NCBI GenBank assembly: GCA_025056955.1
Contig: JANWYL010000002.1
Coordinates: 291-34,527, forward strand
Direction: 5' to 3'
Length of the DNA: 34,237 nucleotides
From: Sandaracinaceae bacterium
GTDB taxonomy: Bacteria > Myxococcota_A > Polyangia > Polyangiales > Sandaracinaceae
In this document: positions 34,056-34,237 of the stretch, piece by piece
How positions within the stretch are numbered: the first letter of the stretch is position 1
Layout of the letters: each line of letters opens with the position of its first letter
Notes under the pieces: generated by a model
The model's input: the letters and a program-made list of their open reading frames with translations, nothing else
The model's database searches: none
What the model was told of the DNA's origin: nothing
Position numbers and translations under genes: made by a program

Positions 34056-34237
34056 TCATCAAAAACAAATCTCTTCTCCTGCGTTGATCGAAATCAAAAA
34101 ATAAAAGGAACTCTGTTTTCGCCCTCCCTTCCCGAGAGGGGTAATCTTGATTCGCAAAAATCAGCTTTAGGCAATTGATTGAAGGGGCAATGCATCCTAT
34201 CATCCGATTCCCGAGTCAAGTACCAATTGAGCAGGCC

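Noticed and set aside
34094-34237. Edge ORFs: a minus-strand frame open from the right edge to a TGA at 34094-34096 (47 codons), and a plus-strand ATG at 34190 open to the edge (16 codons).
   Set aside because: Both are too short and carry no motif, so I cannot decide which, if either, is real. The hairpin-like CCCTC...GAGGG at about 34122-34140 lies within the minus-strand frame and has no T-run.

Overview
The window is a densely packed chromosomal segment with no transposase, integrase, phage genes or CRISPR array. All family calls come from motif recognition by eye; no searches were run.

Several signatures point to a Myxococcota-like organism (inference): a MYXO-CTERM-type sorting tail, Cys-rich secreted repeat proteins, a Hanks-type Ser/Thr kinase with a PEGA domain, and sigma-54.

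Gene content, left to right:
- The partial N-terminus of rpoN, which is missing from the ORF track because it runs off the left edge.
- A same-strand array of marR, Ser/Thr kinase, and a 1007-aa PhaC-like hydrolase fused to a FATP-like acyl-CoA synthetase.
- A divergent lysophospholipase-like hydrolase, then fbp with a translationally coupled unknown ORF.
- A tRNA-His/Arg/Lys cluster.
- A MYXO-CTERM surface protein followed by a cyclophilin lipoprotein.
- A fatty-acid hydroxylase and a TrmH-type methyltransferase.
- An oversized penicillin/AHL-acylase homologue.
- A run of envelope genes: a Cys-rich PPC-domain lipoprotein, an IPT-like HExxH metalloprotease, a small HExxH protein, a PEGA membrane protein and a porin-like barrel.
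- An APH-family kinase.
- A 1806-aa tandem-fused UvrA with four ABC modules.
- kup, a DedA-family gene and a small wHTH protein.

The most unusual items are:
1. The asymmetric single-chain double UvrA.
2. The hydrolase/FATP fusion, whose adenylation motifs look degenerate.
3. The translationally coupled secreted lipoprotein/metalloprotease cluster.

I see no compact, self-evident novel system such as a defence island. The findings are candidate oddities, not demonstrated systems.
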